Of a stretch of DNA of 64,000 nt, positions 48,517 to 59,100 are shown piece after piece (position 1 is the stretch's first letter; every line of letters begins with the position of its first letter). Under the pieces are notes generated by a model that worked only from the letters and a program-made list of their open reading frames with translations, ran no database searches and had not been told where the DNA came from. A program made the position numbers and the translations under genes. The DNA lies in NCBI GenBank assembly GCA_965216875.1, contig OZ244207.1, positions 5,408,001 to 5,472,000 on the forward strand. The letters are read 5' to 3'. The stretch is from Rubripirellula sp. (GTDB lineage Bacteria; Planctomycetota; Planctomycetia; Pirellulales; Pirellulaceae).

Positions 48517-50598
48517 CTACTGATCGGTGATGGCTCCGTGTGATTCGATCTTCGTGTCTTGGGTAATCTCGTTGTAGGACAACACTCGCAGTCGCGGCAT
48601 GCTGGTTGCCGTGATCTGACGCAGACCCGGTCGTATCCTTGGGCTGACCAAAATGACCGGTGGATGGCCTGCTGTGATTAGCTTCTTAACGCCTTCTTGA
48701 ATTTTCTCGCAAGTGAGGTCTACGGCTTGCGGGCTCATTCGGACAAAAAGTCCTCTTTCGGTATGCTCGATCCCCGCTGCAATGCGGTCTTCCATGCCCG
48801 GATCGAGTGCCATCACATGGAGTCGGCCTTGGGCATCGCGATATCGCGTACTGATTGTGCGGGCCAAACGATGCCGTACGTATTCCGATAACCAAACCGG
48901 ATCCTTTGTCCGCGTGGCAAAGTCGCCGAGTGTTTCGAGGATGATCCCAAGCTGGCGAATCGGCACGTCCTCTCGCAGCAACATGTGCAAGACCTGTTGA
49001 ACATCGCTGATCTTCATCACACCTGGAATCAGCTCATCAACGACCGCTGGAGCCGCTTCTTTGAGTTCGTCGACGAGGTGTTTGGTCGCGTCACGCGAAA
49101 GCAGCTCGTCGGCGTGGCGTTTGGAGATTTCTTGCAGGTGCGTTGCGAGAACGGCGCCGGGTTCAACCACGGTGTAGCCGTAGATAGCGGCTTGTTCGCG
49201 ACGGATTTGATCGATCCAGACTGCCGGTTCGCCAAACGTTGGATCACGCGTCGGTTCGCCTTCGATCACGCCCGTGGTTTGTCCACTGTCGATCGCGAGC
49301 AACTTATCAGGCAACACTGTGGCACGTGCGATCGGATTACCTGCGATCCGAATTTCATATTCAAAGTCGCCGAGGCTCATTTCGTCGCGGACACGAACTT
49401 TGGGCAGCACGATGCCGATGTCGGTTGCGATGGCGTTTCGAACCCCTGTGATGCGTTGCATCAGGTCGCCACCACGCGATGGATCGGCAAGGCTAAGCAA
49501 ACCGAGGCCAATCGACATTTCCATCGGGTCGATTGTCAAAAAGTCTTCGACCCGCTTTTCGGGCGGTGCGGCTGCGGCTGCTCGTTCGGCCTCGGCCCGT
49601 TCGGCCTCCTGTTGATCGTTCCGAGCGCTTTGGCGGTTCATCACAACGGCCAAACCGATGCATCCTGCGCCCAAAGTAGCCATGGGCACTGCGGGCAAGT
49701 TGGTCACGATCAAGAGCGTCAAAAAGGCACCGGCAACACCCAACGCTTTGGAATTACCGAGCAACTGCTGCAAGAACTGAACCGGCAGGTTTGCTGATTG
49801 AGCGCTTCGCGTGACCAACAAGCCCGCGGCAAGCGAGATCAACAACGCGGGGACTTGCGAGACCAAGCCGTCGCCAATGGTGAGTTTTGTGAAAAGTGCA
49901 CCAGCTTCAGAGATGGTCATCCCTGATTGCACGCCGATAAAGAGGCCACCGATCACATTGACAATCGTGATCACGATGCCGGCAATCGCATCCCCGCGCA
50001 CAAACTTGCTGGCACCATCCATCGCCCCGTAAAAGTCAGCTTGTGAACTGATTTCTTCGCGGCGTGACTGTGCTTCTTTTTCGTCAATCAATCCTGCGTT
50101 CAGGTCGGCATCGATCGCCATCTGGCGACCAGGCATTCCGTCCAACGCAAAACGTGCAGCAACTTCACTGATTCGAGTTGCACCTTTAGTGATCACGATG
50201 AACTGAATCAGAACGATGATCACAAAGATGATCAGTCCGACTTCGATCCGGTCGCCAGCGACAAATTCACCGAAACTTTGAATCACACCTCCGGCCGCAC
50301 CCATGCCACGATCTTCGGCGCCGGTCAAAATCAACCTGGTCGTGGCGACGTTCAACACCAAACGAGCCAGAGTGGTTGCCAATAGCAACGATGGAAAGAT
50401 GCTGAATTCGAGCGGTGTTGCGACGTAAACCGTCGTCAACAAGACAATCACACCGATGGTGATGTTGCCAGCCAGCAACAAGTCCATCAGCACGGGCGGA
50501 AGTGGCACGAGGATGACTACCAGACATCCAATGATCCCGATCGGGAGGATCAAATCTCGGTAGCGCATCAATAACTGCATCTGCGATCCTTCGCCCAT
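48517..50598 (-). CDS. flhA: Flagellar export protein FlhA
   Basis: ITKGATRISEVAARFALDGMPG, FYGAMDGASKFVRGDA and IGDGLVSQ motifs. Confidence 0.97.
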   Translation of the reverse strand: MGEGSQMQLLMRYRDLILPIGIIGCLVVILVPLPPVLMDLLLAGNITIGVIVLLTTVYVATPLEFSIFPSLLLATTLARLVLNVATTRLILTGAEDRGMGAAGGVIQSFGEFVAGDRIEVGLIIFVIIVLIQFIVITKGATRISEVAARFALDGMPGRQMAIDADLNAGLIDEKEAQSRREEISSQADFYGAMDGASKFVRGDAIAGIVITIVNVIGGLFIGVQSGMTISEAGALFTKLTIGDGLVSQVPALLISLAAGLLVTRSAQSANLPVQFLQQLLGNSKALGVAGAFLTLLIVTNLPAVPMATLGAGCIGLAVVMNRQSARNDQQEAERAEAERAAAAAPPEKRVEDFLTIDPMEMSIGLGLLSLADPSRGGDLMQRITGVRNAIATDIGIVLPKVRVRDEMSLGDFEYEIRIAGNPIARATVLPDKLLAIDSGQTTGVIEGEPTRDPTFGEPAVWIDQIRREQAAIYGYTVVEPGAVLATHLQEISKRHADELLSRDATKHLVDELKEAAPAVVDELIPGVMKISDVQQVLHMLLREDVPIRQLGIILETLGDFATRTKDPVWLSEYVRHRLARTISTRYRDAQGRLHVMALDPGMEDRIAAGIEHTERGLFVRMSPQAVDLTCEKIQEGVKKLITAGHPPVILVSPRIRPGLRQITATSMPRLRVLSYNEITQDTKIESHGAITDQ

Positions 50599-50767
50599 GC
50601 GTTTTCACCAATTCCCGAACCCAATTGCGAGAATGCGCAGAGGGTTGGCCGCCGAAGTCCATTCCGGGGGACCGGACCGTACCTAAATTCGCCGGCGCGG
50701 GTCTAGAGTAAGAGCCAAGATTTCGCAGTTTCACGCGTCGAGTTTCACAACGCTGCCGCTCTGGCTG

Positions 50768-51304
50768 CTATCGCGGCAAATTCCGCACGAGGCGACGGCG
50801 GTTCTCGAGATGATGCGATAACCGCTCACGCAGCGTTTTTGCATCGGGAATCTGATTCGAACGAAGATGCACCACGGCAAGTTTTGCCGCGACCAATGAT
50901 CGCTGCAGCACTCGGTCGCGAGGCTCGTAGGACTGGGTTTCCTCGCACCACCAATCAATTTGCACGGCGAGCAGGGGCTCAAAGTTGCTCCGATCGCAAA
51001 CCAGAAAATCAATGGACTTGCGATCGATTCGAACCGCTTCGTTCATTTGCTTGGCACCGTCAACGATGCTCAAGACGTCCGTCGCGCGTGTTTTGGGACA
51101 GACGATGGCCAAGTCCCACAGCGCGTCCTGCAAGACGTGAAAGAACTCCTGCTCGTCAGCATTCAACAACTGATCACGAAGAACAAACGCACTCTCGTCC
51201 TTCAAGTCGGGCAGCGATTCCCTTGGAATCGGTGCAGGAGGCTGGCTGGCACCAAAGAGCTTGGACGCCGCCTTCATCCATCGAATGCGTGTATCCCGTA
51301 TCAT
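50768..51304 (-). CDS. DUF2726 domain protein
   Basis: LLNADEQEFF, IVCPK, KSIDFLVCD and RD..L motifs; start uncertain. Confidence 0.75.
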   Translation of the reverse strand: MIRDTRIRWMKAASKLFGASQPPAPIPRESLPDLKDESAFVLRDQLLNADEQEFFHVLQDALWDLAIVCPKTRATDVLSIVDGAKQMNEAVRIDRKSIDFLVCDRSNFEPLLAVQIDWWCEETQSYEPRDRVLQRSLVAAKLAVVHLRSNQIPDAKTLRERLSHHLENRRRLVRNLPR

Positions 51305-51571
51305 CGAACAGCTCGCGAATTGAAACCTGTGCGTTTCGCGAATAAGGAAAAGAACCATCACGGACGGCGCTGCTTTGGGTTAGACACCGTTGCCTCGAAC
51401 GTGTCTCACAAAACCTCTCTGCACTCGCTTCCGTGTAGCCTTTTCCAAGGCTACCTGACCTGGACCGGCAAAGGCAGCCCTTCCCCACCATGGAGTGGAC
51501 GTGATTATCTCGCACTCAACCCGGTTTTGACAATCGCTTTGTGATGAATCCGCGGGATGAAACTTGCGAAT

Positions 51572-53065
51572 TCACTCGGCCTTCACGCACTGTTTGAGCG
51601 ATGTAGCGATTTTGTCGTTGGCCAAGTGAGGATCACCCGTTTGCTCGCATTTCGAAAGCAAAGCCTGGGCAAGCCGGCTCGTTGCTTCGGCAGTCCCAGG
51701 ACGCCCGTAGAAATTCAGCAGTTCGTCAGGGTCCTGCTCGGCGTCGAAAAGCCATGGACGATCGTTCACCGAAACGACCAGCTTGTAGCGTCGATCGACG
51801 GCAGCCAACCACCCGGCCGAAGTGCCCGAGTTTCTCAGAAAGGTGATCTCTGGCTCCGATGTCTTGGTTTCCCCTCGAAATGAGGAGGTCAGGTCGCGTC
51901 CTTCGAACTCGACGGGCTTGCCAATGCCAGCAAGACCAAGAATCGTCGGCGAAACATCGACCGTGCCGACCGGATCGACGTAAAGGGTCTTGGCAGCCAA
52001 GCGTTTCGGATAGCGAACCAACATTGGAACACGCGCCGATCCTTCGTAGGGATTCCCTTTGTTCAGCCGGTCATGCTCGTAGCAAAGGTCGCCATGGTCC
52101 GAGGTCAGCAGAATGATGGTCGAATCCAATTCACCTGACTCCTCAAGCGTCGCAAGCAACCGGCCGATGTTGTCGTCGATGCACTTCACCATCCCGAAGT
52201 ACTTGCTCATTTGAGCGCCAACAAATTTGGGGTGCTTTGCAGCGCCGAGCCATTTGGGAATAGGAAAGTCCTTTCGTCCGTAGGTCCGCGGCGCCAAAAA
52301 TCGAAGACTGTCGTACATCCGGTCATAAGGAGCCCGCACCGTATTCGGTCCGTGCGGATCGGGATAACTGACCACGGTCAAAAAGGGTTTGTCGCTCGGC
52401 TGGTTGATGTACTGGATCACACGGTCAGTCAAAAAGTCGGTGGTGAAGGTTTCTTCGTCAGCACCCGAAACGCCGTAGGCAGGCTTCCCCTTCTTGTCGA
52501 GCGCGCCGACCGAAGGGACACCCTCCTTTTCGGCAAGCTTCTTCCAATGCCCGCGATTGAACATGTACTTGGTGTGCTGGAAACCGCCATCGATCTTCGG
52601 CGCCCAGCCAGGTTTGCTCTCGCCACCCAAGTGCCACTTCCCAATGAAGCTTGAGCGATAGCCGTTGTCATTCAAGATCGTGGCAAGCGTTGGGATATCG
52701 GTTCGCAACTTGTGATTGTTGGTCGGCACTCCAGTGTTGTGCGGGTACAACCCCGTGATCATCGCAGCACGACTCGGCGAACAAACCGGCGCCGTCGCAT
52801 AGGCGCGCGTGCAAATCACGCCCTCATCGGCAATGCGGTCCATGTGTGGCGTAGGGACAACACAATTGGGACCCCACATTTCAGCCTGCTCTTTGGGCAA
52901 CCGGTCTCGGTAACATCCGAGCGTGCGAAAGTTGTGTTCGTCGGTGATGATGACCAAGACGTTTGGTTTATCCTGGCCTCCCTCGGCGAAAGAGTTGGCG
53001 TCTGCGAGAGAGTTGACCAGCGATAGAAACGCAGTCAGGACAGCAGCAAAGGTGGTGGCTTTCAT
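51572..53065 (-). CDS. Secreted sulfatase (S1, formylglycine-dependent)
   Basis: PNVLVIITD, CSPSR (CxPxR), GKWH and TSDHG motifs. Confidence 0.95.
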   Translation of the reverse strand: MKATTFAAVLTAFLSLVNSLADANSFAEGGQDKPNVLVIITDEHNFRTLGCYRDRLPKEQAEMWGPNCVVPTPHMDRIADEGVICTRAYATAPVCSPSRAAMITGLYPHNTGVPTNNHKLRTDIPTLATILNDNGYRSSFIGKWHLGGESKPGWAPKIDGGFQHTKYMFNRGHWKKLAEKEGVPSVGALDKKGKPAYGVSGADEETFTTDFLTDRVIQYINQPSDKPFLTVVSYPDPHGPNTVRAPYDRMYDSLRFLAPRTYGRKDFPIPKWLGAAKHPKFVGAQMSKYFGMVKCIDDNIGRLLATLEESGELDSTIILLTSDHGDLCYEHDRLNKGNPYEGSARVPMLVRYPKRLAAKTLYVDPVGTVDVSPTILGLAGIGKPVEFEGRDLTSSFRGETKTSEPEITFLRNSGTSAGWLAAVDRRYKLVVSVNDRPWLFDAEQDPDELLNFYGRPGTAEATSRLAQALLSKCEQTGDPHLANDKIATSLKQCVKAE

Positions 53066-53150
53066 CTCGGTCCTTTGTGGTGGTGGCTTAGTCAGCGAGC
53101 TAACTAGTCTAACCATCACCACGACCGACCTGCGCGGGATCCCACGCAGA

Positions 53151-53551
53151 GGCTGTGCGTGAGCCGAACGCGCTAGCGTCGGGCCTTACACGCAACGTAG
53201 CCACCCTCGCCAGAGCGTGGAGATCGTAATAGCGGCCCGCCCATGTGAACCACCTTCTGGCGAAGGTAGCTACCGCCAACGAAGAGGACGCGGAGCGTCC
53301 GAGAGTGCGTTACCACGCAGACCGTGGTAACGAGGCTGTCGTGAGCCGAACGCGCTAGCGTCGGGCCTTGCACACAACGTAGCCACGCTCGCCAGAGCGG
53401 CCCGCCAATGTGAACCACCTTCTGGCGAAGGTAGCTACGGACGGTGCGCAAAACGAACCCCCGTCATGCGGAGCATGACCTACAAAGAGGACGCGGTGCA
53501 CCCGAAATGGTTGCCGGATCCGCGTCGCTGTCGCTCCTTGATCCGGCCTAC
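53151..53551. repeat. BIME-like REP mosaic with duplicated unit
   Basis: GAGCCGAACGCGCTAGCGTCGGGCC at 53161 and 53343; CCACCTTCTGGCGAAGGTAGCTAC at 53250 and 53415; reverse GTAGGCCGGATC REP ending at 53551. Confidence 0.88.
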
Positions 53552-54723
53552 TGCTTCTTGCCGAGGCAACGCAGCGATAGAACGCCTTCGATCGCCCGGA
53601 TCTCATTGACCGTTTCGTCAGCGATTTCGCCATCAACATCGATGATGGTGTAGGCGATTTCGCCACGCGACTTGTTCAACAGGTCGGCGATGTTCAAACC
53701 AGCATTCGCGAGCAGTGTCGAGATTTGGCCGACCATGTTTGGAACGTTGGCGTTGGCGATCGTGATTCGGTACCCGCCGTTTCGCGGCATGACCGCTTCG
53801 GGGAAGTTGACCGAATTGCGAACGGTACCATCTTCCAAGTAGTCGCGAACTTGGTCGGCGACCATGACCGCACAGTTCTCTTCGGCTTCGGCGGTCGACG
53901 CGCCAAGGTGCGGGAACGACAACACTTTGTCGTGTGCCAACAGCGCACCGGTTGGAAAGTCGATCACGTAACGATGTAGGTGTTCGTCATCAAGCGCCTT
54001 CAACACAGCTTCGTCATCACAGATTCCACCGCGAGCCAAGTTCACGATCACGCCTCCCTTGGGCATCATCGCAATCCGCTCGGCCGACACCAATCCGCGA
54101 GTCGCATCGATCAATGGCACGTGAACCGAAACAGCGTCGCACTGGCTGAACAAGTGATCGATGCTGACCGCTTGCTCGACGCCACTGTCGAGTTGCCATG
54201 CACTTTGCACCGAGATCAGTGGATCGTAACCAACAACCTTCATGCCAAGCGACAAAGCAGCGTTGGCAACGCGAAGGCCGATTGCACCAAGTCCGATCAC
54301 GCCGAGCGTTTTCGACGGAAGCTCGTAGCCGACAAAGTTCTTTTTGCCCGACTCGACTGCTTTCGAGATCTCGGCGTCATCACCAGAAAGTCCCGCGGCA
54401 AAGTTTTGAGCTGCTGAGATGTTTCGTGCTGCCATCAGCAAACCGGCCAGAACCAACTCTTTGACCGCGTTGGCGTTGGCACCGGGTGCGTTGAAGACTG
54501 GCACACCGCGCTGAGTCATCTTGTCGACAGGGATGTTGTTGACTCCGGCGCCAGCACGCCCGATGGCGACCACTGACTCGGGAATCTCCATGTCGTGCAT
54601 CTTGAACGAACGCAGCAGAATCGCATCAGGATGACCGATCTCGGAAGCCACTTCGTAGCTCTCACGAGGCAGTCGCTGTAAACCCTTAACGGAGATGTTG
54701 TTCAGCGTGAGGATCTTGGGCAT
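53548..54723 (-). CDS. serA: D-3-phosphoglycerate dehydrogenase with ACT domain
   Basis: RAGAGVNNI, GLGAIG, NLARG and PHLGAST motifs; downstream of serC. Confidence 0.93.
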   Translation of the reverse strand: MPKILTLNNISVKGLQRLPRESYEVASEIGHPDAILLRSFKMHDMEIPESVVAIGRAGAGVNNIPVDKMTQRGVPVFNAPGANANAVKELVLAGLLMAARNISAAQNFAAGLSGDDAEISKAVESGKKNFVGYELPSKTLGVIGLGAIGLRVANAALSLGMKVVGYDPLISVQSAWQLDSGVEQAVSIDHLFSQCDAVSVHVPLIDATRGLVSAERIAMMPKGGVIVNLARGGICDDEAVLKALDDEHLHRYVIDFPTGALLAHDKVLSFPHLGASTAEAEENCAVMVADQVRDYLEDGTVRNSVNFPEAVMPRNGGYRITIANANVPNMVGQISTLLANAGLNIADLLNKSRGEIAYTIIDVDGEIADETVNEIRAIEGVLSLRCLGKKQ

Positions 54724-54800
54724 TGCTTGGAACCGCTGTGCGGCAATGAAGATAGGTGGTGTTGAGAAATCGATTGGAACGGCCGACCGGGCAAAGGCGA

Positions 54801-55913
54801 TCAGCCGTTCTTGGATGCAAAGTCTTTCATGAAGTTTGCAAGCGACTGGGCGCCTTCGACGGGCATCGCGTTGTAGATGCTGGCTCGGATTCCACCCACG
54901 CTGCGGTGACCCTTCAAGTTCGCCAGTTCATTCCCGGCCGCTTCGGCGATGAATTTGCTTTGCAAATCATCGTTGGGCAACGTGAACGTGACGTTCATGA
55001 TCGAGCGGCAATCGGGCACGGCGTGGCCGGTGAAGAACCCGTTGCTGCCGTCGATGACGTCGTAAAGCATTTGAGCCTTGTCGCGGTTTTGCTTTTCCAT
55101 CGCTTCGAGGCCACCGATGTCGTCGGTCAACCACTTGGCGACTTTGCCCAACACGTAGATTGCAAAGGTTGGTGGCGTGTTCCACTCCGAATCGGCATCG
55201 GCGTGGTTTTTGTAACGCAGGTAACCTGGCAGCGTCTCGCTTCCGACATCAAGCAGGTCTCGGCGGACAACGGCGACCGTCACACCAGCGGGTCCAGCGT
55301 TCTTTTGAGCACATGCATACAAGATGCCGTACTTGTCCATCGGCAACGGACGACAGAGCAAATCGCTCGACGCGTCACAAATCAAAGGCACGTCGGAGGG
55401 GCATTCAGGTTCGCTTTGGAACTGAACACCTTGAATCGTTTCGTTGCTGCAGTAGTAGAGGTACGCCGCATCGCTTGGAACTTGGTAATCCGAAGCCGAA
55501 GGAACGTGGTTGTAGTTGGATTCTTTGGCGTCGAAAGCAACTTCGACGTTTCCTTCTTTCTTGGCCTCGGCAAGCGCCTTTTTGGCCCATGAACCGGTAA
55601 CAATGTATTGAGCCGTCTTCCCACTGTCTCGCAGCAGGTTGGCGGGGATCATCGAGAACTGAAGTGCCGCACCGCCTTGAAGGAACAGGACTGCGTGATC
55701 GTCACCGATACCCAGCAGCGATCGGATCGAGTTCTCTGCGTCGTGCAAAATGTCGACAAAGGTCTTACTGCGATGGCTGATTTCCATCACCGAGGCGCCC
55801 GCGCCGGGCAAACAGAGCAGTTCTTCTTGAACCTGCTGGAGGACGGACAGGGGCAACGCGGCGGGGCCCGCCGAGAAGTTAAAAACCCGCTGAGCGGTCG
55901 CGGTGGCACTCAT
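54801..55913 (-). CDS. serC: Phosphoserine aminotransferase
   Basis: FNFSAGPA, EISHRS, NETIQG, AQKN.GPAG and GHRSVGGIRAS motifs. Confidence 0.97.
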   Translation of the reverse strand: MSATATAQRVFNFSAGPAALPLSVLQQVQEELLCLPGAGASVMEISHRSKTFVDILHDAENSIRSLLGIGDDHAVLFLQGGAALQFSMIPANLLRDSGKTAQYIVTGSWAKKALAEAKKEGNVEVAFDAKESNYNHVPSASDYQVPSDAAYLYYCSNETIQGVQFQSEPECPSDVPLICDASSDLLCRPLPMDKYGILYACAQKNAGPAGVTVAVVRRDLLDVGSETLPGYLRYKNHADADSEWNTPPTFAIYVLGKVAKWLTDDIGGLEAMEKQNRDKAQMLYDVIDGSNGFFTGHAVPDCRSIMNVTFTLPNDDLQSKFIAEAAGNELANLKGHRSVGGIRASIYNAMPVEGAQSLANFMKDFASKNG

Positions 55914-56147
55914 CGTTCAGTGTTCCAGGACGTGAATTTGAGGGAAAGTGACGCCTGTCGAGACGGGAAAAATGGGTCACAAACGGGCGATTCTAAACAT
56001 CGATGTGAATTTGCGGTAGGTTGCGACTTTCCTTCCTTTTTGCCCCCCACCAGCTTTGGGGCGCATGACGCCCTAATCTGCCGAATTGGGTTGCCACCCG
56101 TCAGCGTCATCACCCTGATTTGATCGATTTCCAACAGGTTTCTCACC

Positions 56148-59100
56148 ATGTCGACCCACCAAGCTGATGCCACCGAGGCGATCGAAGTCGCCGCTGAGCT
56201 GCTACGTGAGGCGAACCGGCTGCAAACGCCGCACGAACGCCGCCAGCAGGCCGAACTCGACCGCATGATCGGTCACGCCGAGGACAAAGCGACGCTGGTC
56301 GAAATGACCGACCAGGCCTTTCGCACGCACACGCCGGCTCGGGTTGCCGATCAACTCACACACCTCTTAGACGTCCAGGGCGTCCCAAGGTTCTTCAATC
56401 CTGTCGAACAAGCCATGCTTCGTGGCTTTCAATCGTTCGGCGAATACTTGCCTGGCGTCGCCGTTCCGCTGGTCAAAGAAAAAATGAGGCGAGAAACGGC
56501 CAACGTCATCCTGCCATCCAATGGCGACCTCTTGGCCGAACATTTGCGCAACCGGCAAAGTCAGGGCGTTCAGATGAACGTCAACCTGCTTGGCGAAGCA
56601 CTCTTGGGCGAAAGGGAAACGTGGTCGCGGATGCAAGACTTCCACAACGCACTGCGGCTTCCTGATGTGCGTTGTCTCTCGGTCAAAATCACCACGCTCT
56701 ACAGCCAGGTCTCGCCGCTCGCCCGCCAGCACACGATTGATGTGGTTGCCGATCGATTGGAAACGCTTTATCGAACCGCCAACCGCGAGGTCGATCCCGA
56801 GACCAATCTCGGCAAATTCGTCTACCTCGATATGGAAGAGTACCGCGACCTCTACCTGACAGCCGATGCCCTCAAGCAAACGCTCGAACGCGAACGTCTC
56901 GAAAAGACACGAGCCGGGATCGCGCTGCAGGCTTACGTTCCTGATTCCTTTGGGGTGATGCAAGACTTGATCGCGTGGTCGACCTCGCGCGTTGCGGCCG
57001 GCGCGGTCCCTTTAACCATCCGGTTGGTCAAAGGAGCCAACATGGAAATGGAACGCGCCGAAGCCTCCGTCGGTGGACACGCGCAAGGCCCGTTTCAATC
57101 CAAACTCGAAACCGACGCGAACTACAAAAAGATGCTGCGTGTTTTGATCGACGCTGCGGCCGATGGCAACATTCGCGTTGGCGTGGCATCGCACAATCTG
57201 TTCGATGTCGCCCTCGCACTGGTTTGGGCGCAACGAAAAAACCTTGGCGACCAGATCCAGATCGAGATGCTTGAAGGCATGGCCAATCATCAACGCCGTG
57301 CGATCTCGGCCCGCGGCGCCAAGATGCTGTTGTACGCGCCGGCATGCAGCAAGGCTGGATTCCTGAATGCAATCGGCTATTTGATTCGTCGCCTGGACGA
57401 AAACACGGGACCACAGAACTTTTTGCGGCACGCCTATCGGCTCACTCCTGATAGCGAAGATTTCGAGAGCCTCGCAAACGACTTCAGACGTTCACTCGAA
57501 CTCGCCGACACGCTCGATTGCAGCCCGCGTCGCAAGCAGATCCGACGCGAAGCCCCCGCCCAACCGGTCGCTGCCGAGCATTGGTCCCAGCTTGTCAATG
57601 AACCTGACACCGACTGGTCACTTCCGCAGAACAGTCAATGGGCAAGCGAACTCCTTGAGCGCTGGAAAGATCGCTGCGATGAAAACGCGGCCAGTGTGGT
57701 CTGTGGCGAAAGCGACGCAGCGAGCCCGTCACTGCGTGAAACGTACGATCCGTTGCTGCGTGAAACGTACGATCCGTCGCGTCCCGGCAAGGTGATCGCG
57801 CGGTACAACGTGATGCCACTTGCGCAGGTGCAGCGAGCCGTCGAGGTGGCTGATGATGATCCATCAAGTTGGTCGGCGACCTCTGTCGAATCGCGACATG
57901 CGTTGCTTCGACAGGTCGCCCAAGTGCTCCGCGGTCGCCGAGGTGACTTGATCGGCGTGATGGTCGCCGAAGCAGGCAAGACCGTTGCCGAAGCCGATCC
58001 CGAAGTGAGTGAGGCGATCGATTTTTGCGAGTTCTATCCGCTGTCGATGCAACACTGGTGCGAGCAACGTCAAATCAAACTCAAGCCGCGGGGCGTGGTC
58101 GCCGTGATCACGCCGTGGAACTTTCCTTTGGCGATCCCATGCGGCGGCATCGCAGCCGCGCTTGCGGCAGGTAACACGGTGATCTTGAAACCGTCTGCTG
58201 AAACGGTGCTGACTGCAAAGTTGCTATGTGATGCTTTCTGGGACTCCGGCGTGCCACGTGACGTCCTGCAATTGGTGACCTGCGAAGACGAAGTTGCCGA
58301 AACGGGCCTGGTGAAGAACCCGCGTGTCGACACCGTGATTTTGACTGGCGGCACATCGACCGCTCGGCGCATGCTCTCCGTACGTCCCGACCTCCACTTG
58401 CTTGCCGAAACGGGCGGCAAGAACGCAACCATCGTGACCGCGATGGCCGACCGCGAACTCGCGATCAAACACATCATTCACTCCGCGTTCGGGCACAGCG
58501 GACAGAAGTGCAGCGCAACCTCGCTGCTCTTGCTCGAAGACGAGATCTTTCGCGATGAAAGGTTCAAAGCGATGCTCGCCGATGCGATCAACAGCATCGA
58601 AGTCGGCTCGGCCTGGGACCTTCACACCAAGATGGGGCCACTCATTGCTCCGCCCGGCGAAACGCTGACGCGTGGATTGAAAGCTCTCGAAGATGACGAG
58701 TCGTGGCTGGTCGTCCCCGAACACGTTGTTGATAACCCCAACCTTTATCGTCCCGGCGTGAAATGGAACATTCGTCCGGGTGGCTTCGCGCACCTGACCG
58801 AGCTCTTTGGCCCCGTCCTTGGCGTGATGCGATTCACGCGATTGGAGGAAGCGATCGAGATCGTGCGTTCGACCGGCTACGGCTTGACCAGCGGTTTGGA
58901 AAGTCTTGATGATCGCGAAATCGAACTTTGGAAACAAACGATTCACGCAGGGAACCTTTACATCAATCGACCAACCACCGGCGCGATCGTGTTGCGACAA
59001 CCCTTTGGCGGTGTCGGACTCAGTGCGTATGGGCCAGGTGTCAAAGCTGGTGGCCCACACTATGTGCTGGCGCTCGCGAAGATCGAAAACGGTGCGGCCG

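Noticed and set aside
53151..53551. CRISPR array
   Set aside because: Repeats are heterogeneous palindromic modules in mixed orientation, with no regular spacers and no cas genes.
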